Below, piece by piece: positions 46,866-56,894 of a stretch of 64,000 nt of DNA (positions within the stretch are counted from its first letter, which is position 1; each line of letters begins with the position of its first letter). The stretch is from Bacteroidia bacterium (GTDB taxonomy: Bacteria; Bacteroidota; Bacteroidia; AKYH767-A; 2013-40CM-41-45): NCBI GenBank assembly GCA_035341855.1, contig DAOQWA010000007.1:18646-82645 (forward strand). Direction: 5' to 3'. The notes beneath the pieces were generated by a model that was not told the origin of the DNA, did no database searches, and was given only the letters and a program-made list of their open reading frames with translations. A program made the position numbers and the translations under genes.

Positions 46866-48117
46866 ACTTGCATATTTGATTTGCTTGCTTATTCCGGCTG
46901 TAGTTATCCTGCCTTTTATCTCTGAAGCCGGTGTAAAAAATGTCGGAAATAATTCTGCCTATAAGACTATTAAAAAAGCCTTAGAGGATTGCGATGATGG
47001 GGATACTTTAATCGTCGATGGAGGCTTGTATTCTGAGGGGGAGATTTCCATTACTAAAAGGATTTGTTTGTTAGGATTGAATAATCCTGTGATTGATGGA
47101 AAGTCAAAGGATGCTGTTCTGATAATTCGTGCATCAGGATGTATCGTGAGAGGATTTACAATAAAGAATTCAGGTAAAAGTGATATAGAGGAAATTGCCG
47201 GTATAAGACTTGAAGATGTGCAAGCATGTCAGATTGATTCGAATTATTTTTTGAATAATTATTTTGCAATCTATCTTGCAAACTCAAGTTATTGCAGATT
47301 GATGTCAAACAGGATAGAGGGTTTTGCTAAAACGGAAACATCTTCAGGCAATGGAATTCATCTTTGGAAAGGCCATCATAACACCATATTGAACAATCAT
47401 ATAAGCGGTCACCGTGATGGAATATACTTTGAGTTTGTAATGTATAGTTCAATAATTGGAAATTTGAGCGAGAAAAATCTTCGTTATGGATTGCATTTTA
47501 TGTTTTCTGATGATGATATATACAAATACAATACTTTTCGTGAGAATGGTTCAGGAGTAGCAGTGATGTACACGAGAAATGTCTTGATGCAAAATAATAA
47601 GTTTGAGTCGAACTGGGGCAGTGCTTCCTTCGGCCTCCTGTTAAAAGATATTTCCAGGAGTCTGATACGTAATAATGTGTTCTCGAAGAACACAACGGGC
47701 CTATATATAGAAGGCTCTAATAACACAATAATAATAAACAACGAATTTGTAAGGAATGGCTGGGCTGTCAGGATACTTGGTGATTGTTATGAAGATACAA
47801 TTACAGAGAATAATTTCAGATCTAACACTTTCGATTTGGCAACAAATGCTTCCAGAAACATGAATTATATTAATAGGAATTTCTGGGATCAATATAGCGG
47901 GTATGATCTGGATAAAGACTTTACAGGTGACATTCCATTTCATCCGGTCAGTTTTTATTCAAAGATCACCGAAGAGTCGCCGCATACTTTGATGATGTTG
48001 CATAGCTTTTTTGTGGATCTCCTGAATCAAACTGAGCGCATTGTTCCGACAATTACACCTGAAGAATTCAAAGACAAAGAGCCGCAGATGAAACCGATAG
48101 TATATGATAAAAATTGA
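46816..48117 (+). CDS. nosD: periplasmic copper-binding beta-helix protein NosD
   Basis: Right-handed parallel beta-helix repeats (...IRASGCIVRGFTIKNSG..., NGIHLW..NTILNNHISGHRDGIYFE, etc.). The likely ATG at 46816 overlaps the nosL 3' end by about 50 nt. The listed ORF start at 46678 is further upstream, in another frame relative to nosL. Confidence 0.85.
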   Translation: MVVRFGPGKNCAGKSNKLAYLICLLIPAVVILPFISEAGVKNVGNNSAYKTIKKALEDCDDGDTLIVDGGLYSEGEISITKRICLLGLNNPVIDGKSKDAVLIIRASGCIVRGFTIKNSGKSDIEEIAGIRLEDVQACQIDSNYFLNNYFAIYLANSSYCRLMSNRIEGFAKTETSSGNGIHLWKGHHNTILNNHISGHRDGIYFEFVMYSSIIGNLSEKNLRYGLHFMFSDDDIYKYNTFRENGSGVAVMYTRNVLMQNNKFESNWGSASFGLLLKDISRSLIRNNVFSKNTTGLYIEGSNNTIIINNEFVRNGWAVRILGDCYEDTITENNFRSNTFDLATNASRNMNYINRNFWDQYSGYDLDKDFTGDIPFHPVSFYSKITEESPHTLMMLHSFFVDLLNQTERIVPTITPEEFKDKEPQMKPIVYDKN

Positions 48118-48817
48118 AAAATTAAATAAATCCTTTACTACACTTGATGTTCTGAAAGATGTCAACCTTGTTTTTGACCGGGGAGAGGTAGTTTGTTTGA
48201 TCGGGCCAAATGGTTCGGGAAAAACTACTCTCATCAAGTGTTTATTGGGATTAGTTATCCCGGATGCAGGTTCTGTCTATTATAAGGACAAGCCGGTACT
48301 TGGTACCTGGGCCTATAGAAGGGAGTTTGGATATATGCCTCAGATCAGCAGATTTCCTGAGCATATCAAAGTGCGTCAGGTATTTCAGATGATGAAGGAT
48401 TTGAGAAGTAATGATGGAGTAGTTGATGAAGATTTATTGCGTGCATTTTCAATTGATAGTATCATGGAGAAGAGGATGGCATATCTTTCCGGCGGAACCA
48501 GGCAAAAAGTTAGTGCTGCTCTTGCTTATCTTTTTAGTCCGGAAGTTTTAATTCTAGATGAACCTACTGCCGGTTTGGACCCTATATCTTCTGAGCAATT
48601 GAAAGCAAAAGTGATGAAGGAAAAACACAAAGGAAAGTTGACACTCATAACTTCACATAACATGACAGAAGTTGAGGAGCTCGCAGATAGAGTTATTTTT
48701 ATTGTTGAAGGGAGTATTCAATTTAGTAAAACTGTGGAAGATATAAAGAATGAAACATCTGAGTCGCGATTGGGTAAAGCGCTAGCCGTAATGATGGAGG
48801 GCTTTGTGCATGCTTAA
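48104..48817 (+). CDS. nosF: ABC transporter ATP-binding protein NosF
   Basis: Walker A (GPNGSGKTT), ABC signature (LSGGTRQK) and Walker B (LILDEPTAGLD). It overlaps the nosD stop. Confidence 0.9.
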   Translation: MIKIEKLNKSFTTLDVLKDVNLVFDRGEVVCLIGPNGSGKTTLIKCLLGLVIPDAGSVYYKDKPVLGTWAYRREFGYMPQISRFPEHIKVRQVFQMMKDLRSNDGVVDEDLLRAFSIDSIMEKRMAYLSGGTRQKVSAALAYLFSPEVLILDEPTAGLDPISSEQLKAKVMKEKHKGKLTLITSHNMTEVEELADRVIFIVEGSIQFSKTVEDIKNETSESRLGKALAVMMEGFVHA

Positions 48818-49577
48818 GGTGTTGAAATACGTAGTTTATGATATTATGAGAAGTAAGATGGTGCTCATCTATACATTGTTAATGTTTTTTCTGTGCTTTG
48901 GTCTCTTTTATTTAGGTGCTGATTATGCCAGTACACTTGTAAGTCTTTTACATGTGATATTACTTGTGGTGCCATTGATATGTATAGTTTTTGCTACGAT
49001 TCATTTTTATAATTCGAGAGAATTTATTGAGATGCTGCTGGCACAACCAATAGACAGAAATAGCATTTTCTTTGGAGAGTACCTGGGACTTGCGGGGTCA
49101 TTGGCACTTTCTTTATTAATAGGGTTAGGTTTACCTGTACTCCTGTGGCAGCCCACTGAACCGGCATTGTACCTTGTAATTGTTGGATTGTTGCTGACTT
49201 TTATCTTTACTGCACTTGCCTTTTTAACTTCTGTCCGAAGCCTCGATAAAGCCAAAGGTATTGGCTCTGCATTATTATTGTGGTTTTATTTTGCTGTTTT
49301 ATTTGATGGAATTGTATTGTTGATCTTGCATTATTTTAATGATTACCCTCTAGAAGAGCTGGTGCTTGTTTTAACAGCTTTGAACCCGATCGATATGGGA
49401 AGAGTATTGATCTTATTGAAATTGGATTCCTCAGCTTTAATGGGGTACACGGGGGCATTGTACAATAAGTTTTTTGGAAGTAGTTTCGGACAGATATTTT
49501 CGATCACCGTGCTTTTAATATGGGCTTCAGTTCCTGTTCTCAGAGCGAGAAAGATTTTTGCCAAGAAAGATCTATAA
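48804..49577 (+). CDS. nosY: ABC-2 type permease NosY
   Basis: 257 aa with six TM helices. It overlaps the nosF stop. Confidence 0.8.
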   Translation: MCMLKVLKYVVYDIMRSKMVLIYTLLMFFLCFGLFYLGADYASTLVSLLHVILLVVPLICIVFATIHFYNSREFIEMLLAQPIDRNSIFFGEYLGLAGSLALSLLIGLGLPVLLWQPTEPALYLVIVGLLLTFIFTALAFLTSVRSLDKAKGIGSALLLWFYFAVLFDGIVLLILHYFNDYPLEELVLVLTALNPIDMGRVLILLKLDSSALMGYTGALYNKFFGSSFGQIFSITVLLIWASVPVLRARKIFAKKDL

Positions 49578-49579
49578 AA

Positions 49580-49609
49580 CAGAACCCTGCAAATAATTGC
49601 AGGGTTCTG
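49580..49609. terminator. bidirectional terminator hairpin
   Basis: Perfect 12-bp inverted repeat CAGAACCCTGCA-aataat-TGCAGGGTTCTG between nosY (+) and the convergent OmpA-family gene (-). Confidence 0.65.
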
Positions 49610-49652
49610 TCAAATTCATATTATTTATGGCCCGGTCAATCAGCTTTGAAAT

Positions 49653-51824
49653 TTATTCAAGAATTGTAAATTCTACTCTTCTGTTTTTTTGTCTTCCCTG
49701 AGGTGTAGTGTTTGGAGCAACCGGTTGTGTTAATCCATAACCCTTAGCGATTATTCTGTTTTCGTCTATGCCTTTTTCTGTCAGATAGGTTTTAACGGCC
49801 TCTGCACGATTCAAGGAGATACGCATATTTAATTGTGCTGATCCTACATTGTCAGTATGGCCCTCAATGAGAATCCTGAAGCTTGGTTTTCTTTGTAGAA
49901 GTTTCACGAGTTCTTCAAGGGCAACATAGCTGGTTTGACGAATAATAGCTTTACCGCTTTCAAATTCCAGATTGCTGAACACTTTATTGATAATGTCCTG
50001 ATCTTCTTTATTTAGTTTTACTTTCAGTGGTGCTGCCGGTTTTACTTCCACTTTTTCTATAACCGGACATCCATTATTCGATTTCGGCCCGGGAACAAGG
50101 ACGCAACTGTCAAGTTTATCTATGATCCCGTCTGCGTCTGTATCAGGACAACCTTTGTTGATGGCCAATCCCTTTTCAGTAATGCAATCATCTTCAGGAT
50201 CTGGAATAGAATCCATGTCGGTATCAGGACAGCCCGAGAACATTACCAGGCCTGAATCCGTTGGGCATTTGTCGGCTTTGTCGGTAATGCCATCGCCATC
50301 AGTATCGGGACAACCATCAAGGCTCTTGAGGCCTGCGATATCCGGACATTTATCATCTTTATCCGGAACATCGTCGCCATCTTTATCCGGGCAACCGTCA
50401 AATTTTAAAAGACCGGGAATGTCCGGACAAGAATCCTTTTTATCGCGCACCTTATCTTTATCCTTATCCTTGAATGGACGACCGAAGATGAGATTAAATC
50501 CGAAGTGTACCTGTGTATTTCTTGCATCAAGTGGAGCGATAAGTCCGATTACATTGTCTGTAACTGTATATAGCTGTACTGCACCTACATTCACCGCCAG
50601 GCCAAGCCCGACATTATCGAATGTGTGATTCATATAGGAGTATGACAAAGATGTGGTGAGATGTCGCCCAACCTGAAGGTTATATGATAATGAGACTGTT
50701 GGCTGAACAGTTTTTTTGAAAAATTCCATGTGGATCAATCCACCCGCAAAACTATTTTCATTAATGCGATAGTTGGCTCCCAGATAAACATGCATGGGGA
50801 GATAGGTGGTATAAGATTCATCATTTTCATTTGTCTTGAATGTTTCTGTCAGCGAATCTAATACGGCTTCAAGGTTTGCACTGGTATCATTGATGAATCT
50901 GAGCAAGTCAATCCCGGAAAATTCGTATTTACCTGCTGAAGTTTTATAATTTTTTATATCCTCTTTCCATTTGATATATCCGAGATCAACTACACTAAGA
51001 TTAAAATTCCACTTTTCGTCATATTTGTAGGACGCACCGAGGTCCGCAGCGAATCCACGGTTCTTCCTCTTGAAGAGATAATTATTGATGTTCTTGGAGC
51101 GAACTCCGGAATCAGATGTGTCAAACTGTTCGTAACCGTCTTCACTATTGTCCGGCGATGAAGAGTGAATAATAACATCTGTTGGAACTTCCAGGCCATA
51201 GTCATCCGATGCTGTATAAAATCCAAAGCTACCTGCAGTAGATGAATAGTTTTCCATTCCATATAAATATTTGATGCGGAAACCGGTTCTCCATTTTTCA
51301 TTCACCTCATAGGCCCAGCCGATACTGTAATCACGGTAGTGTGTTGCATCAAAACCTGTCTTTTTAAAATCCAGTTGTTGGCCAATATAAGCACCATTGC
51401 CCTTGTCTATTAGATTGATCAGGTCCTTCGAGTATAGAAAAGCAAAATTTACATGCTCCGTAACATTTACGGTAAAGTAATTTTTCTTCATCTTAAATCC
51501 GAATGAGATGAGATCGGTATTGAATGAGGTTTTTAAGAAATTTGTTTTGCGTAGTTTTTTAATAGTGTTTTCAATGTCGATCACAACTGAATCGTCGGAG
51601 CGAAGTGTATAAAAATCGTGATAGCGAAAGCTGCTGTTGCTCAAGTTAAAATAAACGGAAGATATTACGGGCAATCCGATATAAAATTTGTTTACAGGAG
51701 CCAGGGAAGGATTTACTCTCGATGATTGGCTAATGTTAGGCATGTTATAGAGAGTAAGATCCTGTTGTGCAAACAAGCTGAGGCAAGGACTACAAAGCAA
51801 ACAGAGTATAAGTATTTTTTTCAT
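49653..51824 (-). CDS. outer-membrane protein: N-terminal beta-barrel-like region (possibly PorP/SprF-like), thrombospondin type-3 Ca-binding repeats, C-terminal OmpA peptidoglycan-binding domain
   Basis: Signal peptide from ATG 51824 (MKKILILCLLCSPCLSLFAQQD). Repeated DxDxDGxxDxxD motifs (CPDTDGDGITDKADKCP, etc.). OmpA_C segment (FESGKAII...ILIEGHTDNVGSAQLNMRISLNRAEAV). Confidence 0.8.
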   Translation of the reverse strand: MKKILILCLLCSPCLSLFAQQDLTLYNMPNISQSSRVNPSLAPVNKFYIGLPVISSVYFNLSNSSFRYHDFYTLRSDDSVVIDIENTIKKLRKTNFLKTSFNTDLISFGFKMKKNYFTVNVTEHVNFAFLYSKDLINLIDKGNGAYIGQQLDFKKTGFDATHYRDYSIGWAYEVNEKWRTGFRIKYLYGMENYSSTAGSFGFYTASDDYGLEVPTDVIIHSSSPDNSEDGYEQFDTSDSGVRSKNINNYLFKRKNRGFAADLGASYKYDEKWNFNLSVVDLGYIKWKEDIKNYKTSAGKYEFSGIDLLRFINDTSANLEAVLDSLTETFKTNENDESYTTYLPMHVYLGANYRINENSFAGGLIHMEFFKKTVQPTVSLSYNLQVGRHLTTSLSYSYMNHTFDNVGLGLAVNVGAVQLYTVTDNVIGLIAPLDARNTQVHFGFNLIFGRPFKDKDKDKVRDKKDSCPDIPGLLKFDGCPDKDGDDVPDKDDKCPDIAGLKSLDGCPDTDGDGITDKADKCPTDSGLVMFSGCPDTDMDSIPDPEDDCITEKGLAINKGCPDTDADGIIDKLDSCVLVPGPKSNNGCPVIEKVEVKPAAPLKVKLNKEDQDIINKVFSNLEFESGKAIIRQTSYVALEELVKLLQRKPSFRILIEGHTDNVGSAQLNMRISLNRAEAVKTYLTEKGIDENRIIAKGYGLTQPVAPNTTPQGRQKNRRVEFTILE

Positions 51825-51853
51825 GACGATATGGTTTAATGTTTGCATCTAGC

Positions 51854-53443
51854 TTAGAATTCCAGGGTTAAAAATGCATGAACTCCAATTTTAATATCGA
51901 GTCTGTAATCAGAATAGATCGGAACCTGAGTTTGAGGTGCATTTTGTGTATTCACAACAGAGAAAATGATAAGCTTTTTTGCATGATAGATATTTCTCAA
52001 ACGATCAGGGCCAAACTCTTCATCACGTGTTTTTTTGTATGGAAGTACAACCCGTCCATCAGAATTGAGTAAACCTGATGCAATGATAAAATCGCCGGGG
52101 TCACTTAAGAGTGAGTCAAGGACTACGCCTGCAGAATCAGTAAAGTAAAGTTGTATATATGCGTCTGCAGGAAAACCATTCTGAGCATTAATTCTGAAGA
52201 TCGCTTTATTGAGCTCCTGAATATTGTCAAGTTCAAAATCTGATGTGTCGCTTACACTAAAGCCGTTCGCCGAACCTCTGAGTGGAAGGTTTACTTCGAC
52301 ATCTACTGCAAATCTGCTGGAGTCAGTGATGAAATTATAAGAAGGTGTAGGGCTATTGGATACAGCATCTATATCAAAGGCAATGTATCTTGGATTTTGA
52401 TCCATGATCGTATTGATATTACTATTTGTCTGATCTACGAAAAAGGAGCCTGTTGCTGTTTGCCCTACTACAGTCGGTGAGCCAATTGGCAATGGGTTCG
52501 GAATTGTATTTGTGATTGGAGTGTTTACACCGGTACTTGAAATTGAATAAAATGATGTCACCTGAGAATTAACCGGGACTCCAAAAGAATTGCTTAAATT
52601 AAAAGTAATATGCGGATCATTAAATGCGATGTTCCCGAAAAGAGTATTGTTGAATAGTTCGATCCGGCTGGAGTCACCTGTTACAGATAATGTACGTTGA
52701 CCTAAATAGCCATAAGCTTCTGCCATTTTCAAATTAGTCAGATTGTTACTGATGGTTATATTTCTGTTCGCGGTAGGCAAACTTGTTGAGGAGTTAGTAA
52801 ATGATAATGTATATGTTACCCGTAGTTCATTAAATGAGCCGTTGCCCGTAAAATCAAATTTGTAGCCTGCTAGATTGCCCGAAAGTAAAGCGCTGACAGG
52901 TAAGGTGCCACCATAGATGAAAGGCAGGCTTTGTGAAAATGGAATTCCATTTAAAGTAGCATCGGGAATAGTAATGGTTAATTCCCCGCTATGTGGAATT
53001 TGTGATTGTACCGAGATTTCTAATGCACCTAAATTTAATAATAATGAATCAAGTTGCTCACCGCTGCTGACAACAAAAGGAAAGACTGTGTTCAATGTCT
53101 TGCTTAATGTTCCTGTTTGATAGAGTTGGGTGCTATCTGTCGTGGTTGTAGTTATTGTCCGGCTATTGCTTTGATCCTGCAAGGGGAGAAACTCATATCC
53201 ATATACTGAATAAATATTTGCCTTGTAAATTAGATGAACGAGGTTATTGCTATCGACGTCTACAGTTGTAGAGTTTGAGAATCCGGTGAGGTCTTTTATT
53301 CCGAGAGATGAATTGATCAATGGAATAGCAAATTCCGGGTTCCAGGTACTCGATACTATCTTGTCATATTGAAAATCTTCATCCTTAATACAGCCTGTTA
53401 GTAACACGGAAAGTGTAAATAATAAGAGGGAAGCTTGCTTCAT
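51854..53443 (-). CDS. S/T/N-rich lipoprotein of unknown function
   Basis: Lipoprotein signal from ATG 53443 (MKQASLLLFTLSVLLTGC). The ORF continues to 53464 if the upstream ATG is used. Confidence 0.55.
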   Translation of the reverse strand: MKQASLLLFTLSVLLTGCIKDEDFQYDKIVSSTWNPEFAIPLINSSLGIKDLTGFSNSTTVDVDSNNLVHLIYKANIYSVYGYEFLPLQDQSNSRTITTTTTDSTQLYQTGTLSKTLNTVFPFVVSSGEQLDSLLLNLGALEISVQSQIPHSGELTITIPDATLNGIPFSQSLPFIYGGTLPVSALLSGNLAGYKFDFTGNGSFNELRVTYTLSFTNSSTSLPTANRNITISNNLTNLKMAEAYGYLGQRTLSVTGDSSRIELFNNTLFGNIAFNDPHITFNLSNSFGVPVNSQVTSFYSISSTGVNTPITNTIPNPLPIGSPTVVGQTATGSFFVDQTNSNINTIMDQNPRYIAFDIDAVSNSPTPSYNFITDSSRFAVDVEVNLPLRGSANGFSVSDTSDFELDNIQELNKAIFRINAQNGFPADAYIQLYFTDSAGVVLDSLLSDPGDFIIASGLLNSDGRVVLPYKKTRDEEFGPDRLRNIYHAKKLIIFSVVNTQNAPQTQVPIYSDYRLDIKIGVHAFLTLEF

Positions 53444-53479
53444 TGGGATCTTTAGGTTTATCATGATAAAAGAAATTTG

Positions 53480-56176
53480 CTATTCGATGTGATATAAATA
53501 TATTGTTGAGTTTTCTGAGCCGATTGATAAGATCAAATTGTTCGGGTTTTCTGAATTCCTGATGCTGAATTCTCCTGAGCCATTTACAGGAAACCCTTTG
53601 GTGATGCTACAGTCTTCATTGATGAGGAGGAATCGGTTCTTTGTATCTGAGCTAAGTCCTGTCCATGAATTGGAATATTTGTCAGTACTATGAACCCAGG
53701 TGTAGTCCTCAAGCTTTGAAAGGTATTTTAGACAGGTTTTTTTGTCGTCCAGGCTACGAAATATTAATGAGTCTTTGTAAAGTATTCCCTCATATAATTT
53801 TGATTTTTCGTGACTTCTGGATATACAATAGTTAATGCTTTGGGGTGGAGCACTAAACTTTTTGATAACCTGATTATCAAGGAGCATTGTCGTAGTTTCG
53901 TTGCTGTCACGATAGCATATTATTGATGATCCTGACGAGTCAGGCAGAATGCGAAGTGTGGAGTTTGTTAATAATGTACTTGTAGAATTTAGTAATTTCA
54001 TCTTTCCCCTGATATCAGAAAGATATATCGCATCCTGCGATTGAATTAACAAGTTTCTTTTTTGATTTACCCGGATAGGCTCAACAGGTAATTTTACATT
54101 CTTTAAATTAAGATTTGTTTGCCAGTCAGGAACAGGCTTTCCATTTAATTCGTATGCATAGATTTGTTCATTCTCACATGCAATATAGATTACGAAATTA
54201 TTTCTTCCATTAGTTTCAATTACCGATGCACCATTACTAGCCCTTGCAGGAAGCTTAATTGGATATCGCGCAACATTTGATCCGCCCGAATTGATCAAGA
54301 AAAGCTTAGTTGCTGTGCTGAAAAAAATCTGTGATTCGCCATTTTTGTAATAGTCCACATCATAGATCCGGCTAAGAATAGGTTCGTCAAGCTCTTTTTT
54401 CCAAACTAAATTGCCGGCCTGATCAAAATAGTAAAGATTATGCCCTTTATCCTGACAGATCACAGCATATTTTCCTTTTCCTGCATCAACAATTGTTGGG
54501 TGCAGTAAAATTTCATTGTCGAGATCGGCAGACCAGATCAAACTGACCTCTTTTGTTTTTGTTTTGTTGAAATTCAATTGTGCCTGAACTATAACCTTGT
54601 CATGACTATTACCTGAATTGTATTGAAAAGTTCCAAAACTATCCCATATCTCCAGTTTTTTTGCAATAGAATTGCCGGTTTTTTCATTTGTTATTGCATA
54701 TAAAAGGTTGAGACTTCCGGCAAAATCAATGTAGAGGCCAATATTTGATGCTTTTTCGAAATTGCTTTTTTCTGATTCCGTCATCACCGTCGAAAGGCTT
54801 GTTTCGTTTTCAATGTCATCAATTATGCCCTTAATGGCACTTTGTTGGTTTGCAAAAATGATGTAATCTTTATATTGAAAATACCAGGGATTGCGAATCA
54901 TTCGAAATTGTTTGCCATAGTTTAGGGCAAGGAGATTTTCGGAATTTATTTTGCCCAAATTGTAGCCAAGGTATTTTTGCCTGATCTCTTTTCCATTGTA
55001 TTTATTTTGAAGCTCATCGAGTGAATTGAGTGCCGAATTTGAATTGTTGCATTGGATGATTGCGAAGCTATTGTTATCGGGAGAGGTGTTTCCTGTTTCG
55101 GTGATGAACAATGCAATTTCATTTCCGATCCAGGAAAGGATTTTTGGTTCATATCCACTTTTATCTCCACCTGTACTTCCTTCTTTTGTTGAATTTTCAG
55201 CAGGATCAAAGAACAAATTGTTTGAACGCATTTGTTGAAATGTCTGAATGAGATTGTCAGAGCCAAAGCGCAGGCAAAAGGAAGTGCGTCTGGGTATGAT
55301 ATGATGTATTTTACTCATCTCGGTAGCCTGATTTCTGAAACATAAGACGAGGTCGCTGGTATCGAGACTACTTGCAGTTCCTTCAAGTTGAATTTGGTTG
55401 GCTTTTAAGATTATATTAAAGCCTTGCCATCTGCTAAATGAACCTATTGCATTTAGAAGTGATGAATAGGAAATATTCAGGTAGGCTTCAAGATGTTTTT
55501 GGAGACTTAGTTGATTGACAAATAAATTTATTCCGCTATCATCTTTACTCGGTATACTTAGACGTTTGAATGATTTTGATTCACGGATTGATTTCTCTGA
55601 CTTTAAGTGATGAATAGAATTTTCAACGAGGAATGATGTTGAACTGACAAGAACTAGTCCGTCACTTATTGCCACTGCAACTTTCACGACATTCTTTTTC
55701 CACAATTCTATAATTTTCGTATTCTCATATTCACGGGTCTCAGTGCGTAGTCCATTGGATTGCCAGCTATTTGCCCATTCAATGATTTTTTTTTGGTCAA
55801 TCGCATTATGTTGCTTTAGCACTAGCAGTAAATCAAAATCTCTTGCTTTTGTAGGATGCACAGAAATGAAAGCTTCGGCTTCAGTCCACATTGCCTTTGT
55901 TTCCCGGGTAATTAAGAGAACTGAATCAACCAGGCTGAATTTTTTATCGGCAGCAGCTATCGATGAGTTTGCACAAAAGCTTTTCCAAAAGTCTGTTGAT
56001 CTAAGCGAATCCAGAGATTGGTGTCCTGATCTCAGTTGAATGATAAATGAAGCATTTTCAGGAATTGCATCCAATCCATTGGCTTTAAAAAAGGTGGAAT
56101 TGTTATTTACATAGAGTACTCCAACTATTGTAACTAAGAGAATAATAGCAATTATTAAAAGTTTATTCAGCTTCAT
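53480..56176 (-). CDS. 898-aa protein with N-terminal signal-anchor and C-terminal beta-propeller-like repeats, unknown function
   Basis: A single N-terminal TM helix (LLIIAIILLVTIVGVLYV). The C-terminal third has repeated YYFDQAGNLVWKK / IFFSTATKLFLINSGG-like blades. Confidence 0.55.
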   Translation of the reverse strand: MKLNKLLIIAIILLVTIVGVLYVNNNSTFFKANGLDAIPENASFIIQLRSGHQSLDSLRSTDFWKSFCANSSIAAADKKFSLVDSVLLITRETKAMWTEAEAFISVHPTKARDFDLLLVLKQHNAIDQKKIIEWANSWQSNGLRTETREYENTKIIELWKKNVVKVAVAISDGLVLVSSTSFLVENSIHHLKSEKSIRESKSFKRLSIPSKDDSGINLFVNQLSLQKHLEAYLNISYSSLLNAIGSFSRWQGFNIILKANQIQLEGTASSLDTSDLVLCFRNQATEMSKIHHIIPRRTSFCLRFGSDNLIQTFQQMRSNNLFFDPAENSTKEGSTGGDKSGYEPKILSWIGNEIALFITETGNTSPDNNSFAIIQCNNSNSALNSLDELQNKYNGKEIRQKYLGYNLGKINSENLLALNYGKQFRMIRNPWYFQYKDYIIFANQQSAIKGIIDDIENETSLSTVMTESEKSNFEKASNIGLYIDFAGSLNLLYAITNEKTGNSIAKKLEIWDSFGTFQYNSGNSHDKVIVQAQLNFNKTKTKEVSLIWSADLDNEILLHPTIVDAGKGKYAVICQDKGHNLYYFDQAGNLVWKKELDEPILSRIYDVDYYKNGESQIFFSTATKLFLINSGGSNVARYPIKLPARASNGASVIETNGRNNFVIYIACENEQIYAYELNGKPVPDWQTNLNLKNVKLPVEPIRVNQKRNLLIQSQDAIYLSDIRGKMKLLNSTSTLLTNSTLRILPDSSGSSIICYRDSNETTTMLLDNQVIKKFSAPPQSINYCISRSHEKSKLYEGILYKDSLIFRSLDDKKTCLKYLSKLEDYTWVHSTDKYSNSWTGLSSDTKNRFLLINEDCSITKGFPVNGSGEFSIRNSENPNNLILSIGSENSTIYLYHIE

Positions 56177-56263
56177 GTCAAGGTTGAAAATAACCTATGT
56201 AAATAAAGCTAAGAACTCAGTCGGGTGGTGATAATCTTTTAGGAATTATAGACAATTGTTTGT

Positions 56264-56866
56264 TCACAGAGAGTCATCTACAGCAAACAAACGAAAAGAT
56301 TTACGGTGAATGGGGCTGATCCCAAATTTCACAATGGCTTGTCTGTGTTTGACCGTGCCATAGCCTTTGTTTTGGGCCCATTCGTAATGCGGGAACTTTT
56401 TGTGCAAATTATTCATATACTCATCTCTGTGAGTTTTTGCCAGAACAGATGCTGCAGCGATAGATGCAAATTTTGAGTCCCCTTCAACTATGCAGGAATA
56501 AGGTGTTGCTATATGGGTTTTAAATCGATTTCCATCTATAATTAAGTATTCTGCCGGACATTTTAGCTGCATAATGGCTCTGTTCATGGCAAGGAATGAG
56601 GCATTGAGGATATTAATCTGATCAATTTCTTTGTGATCAACGGAAGCAACAGCCCAGGCAATCGCTTGTTTTTCTATCTCAGGCCTTAGCCTTTCTCTTT
56701 GTTGTTCTGTCAGTTTTTTTGAGTCATTCAGCAGAGGGAGTTTAAAGTCTCTGGGTAAAATTACAGCGGCTGCAAAGACAGGGCCCGCCAGACAGCCTCT
56801 GCCGGCTTCATCACAACCGGCTTCAACCAGGTGTTCCTGATAATATGGTTTTAGTTTGTTATTCAA
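56264..56866 (-). CDS. rnhB: ribonuclease HII
   Basis: [21 protein letters not shown] catalytic motif, 200 aa. Confidence 0.9.
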   Translation of the reverse strand: MNNKLKPYYQEHLVEAGCDEAGRGCLAGPVFAAAVILPRDFKLPLLNDSKKLTEQQRERLRPEIEKQAIAWAVASVDHKEIDQINILNASFLAMNRAIMQLKCPAEYLIIDGNRFKTHIATPYSCIVEGDSKFASIAAASVLAKTHRDEYMNNLHKKFPHYEWAQNKGYGTVKHRQAIVKFGISPIHRKSFRLFAVDDSL

Positions 56867-56894
56867 TTGTTCTAAATCTCTTGACGGCCATAAG

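Noticed and set aside
47484-48237. Minus-strand ORFs inside nosD and nosF
   Set aside because: They are antisense to beta-helix and ABC ATPase genes with clear motifs, so they are shadow ORFs.
50122-50628. Plus-strand ORF encoding an S/G/P-rich low-complexity protein (SGQP repeats)
   Set aside because: It is the antisense or alternative-frame reading of the thrombospondin type-3 repeat region of the OmpA-family gene. The repetitiveness comes from the TSP3 DxDxDG codons.
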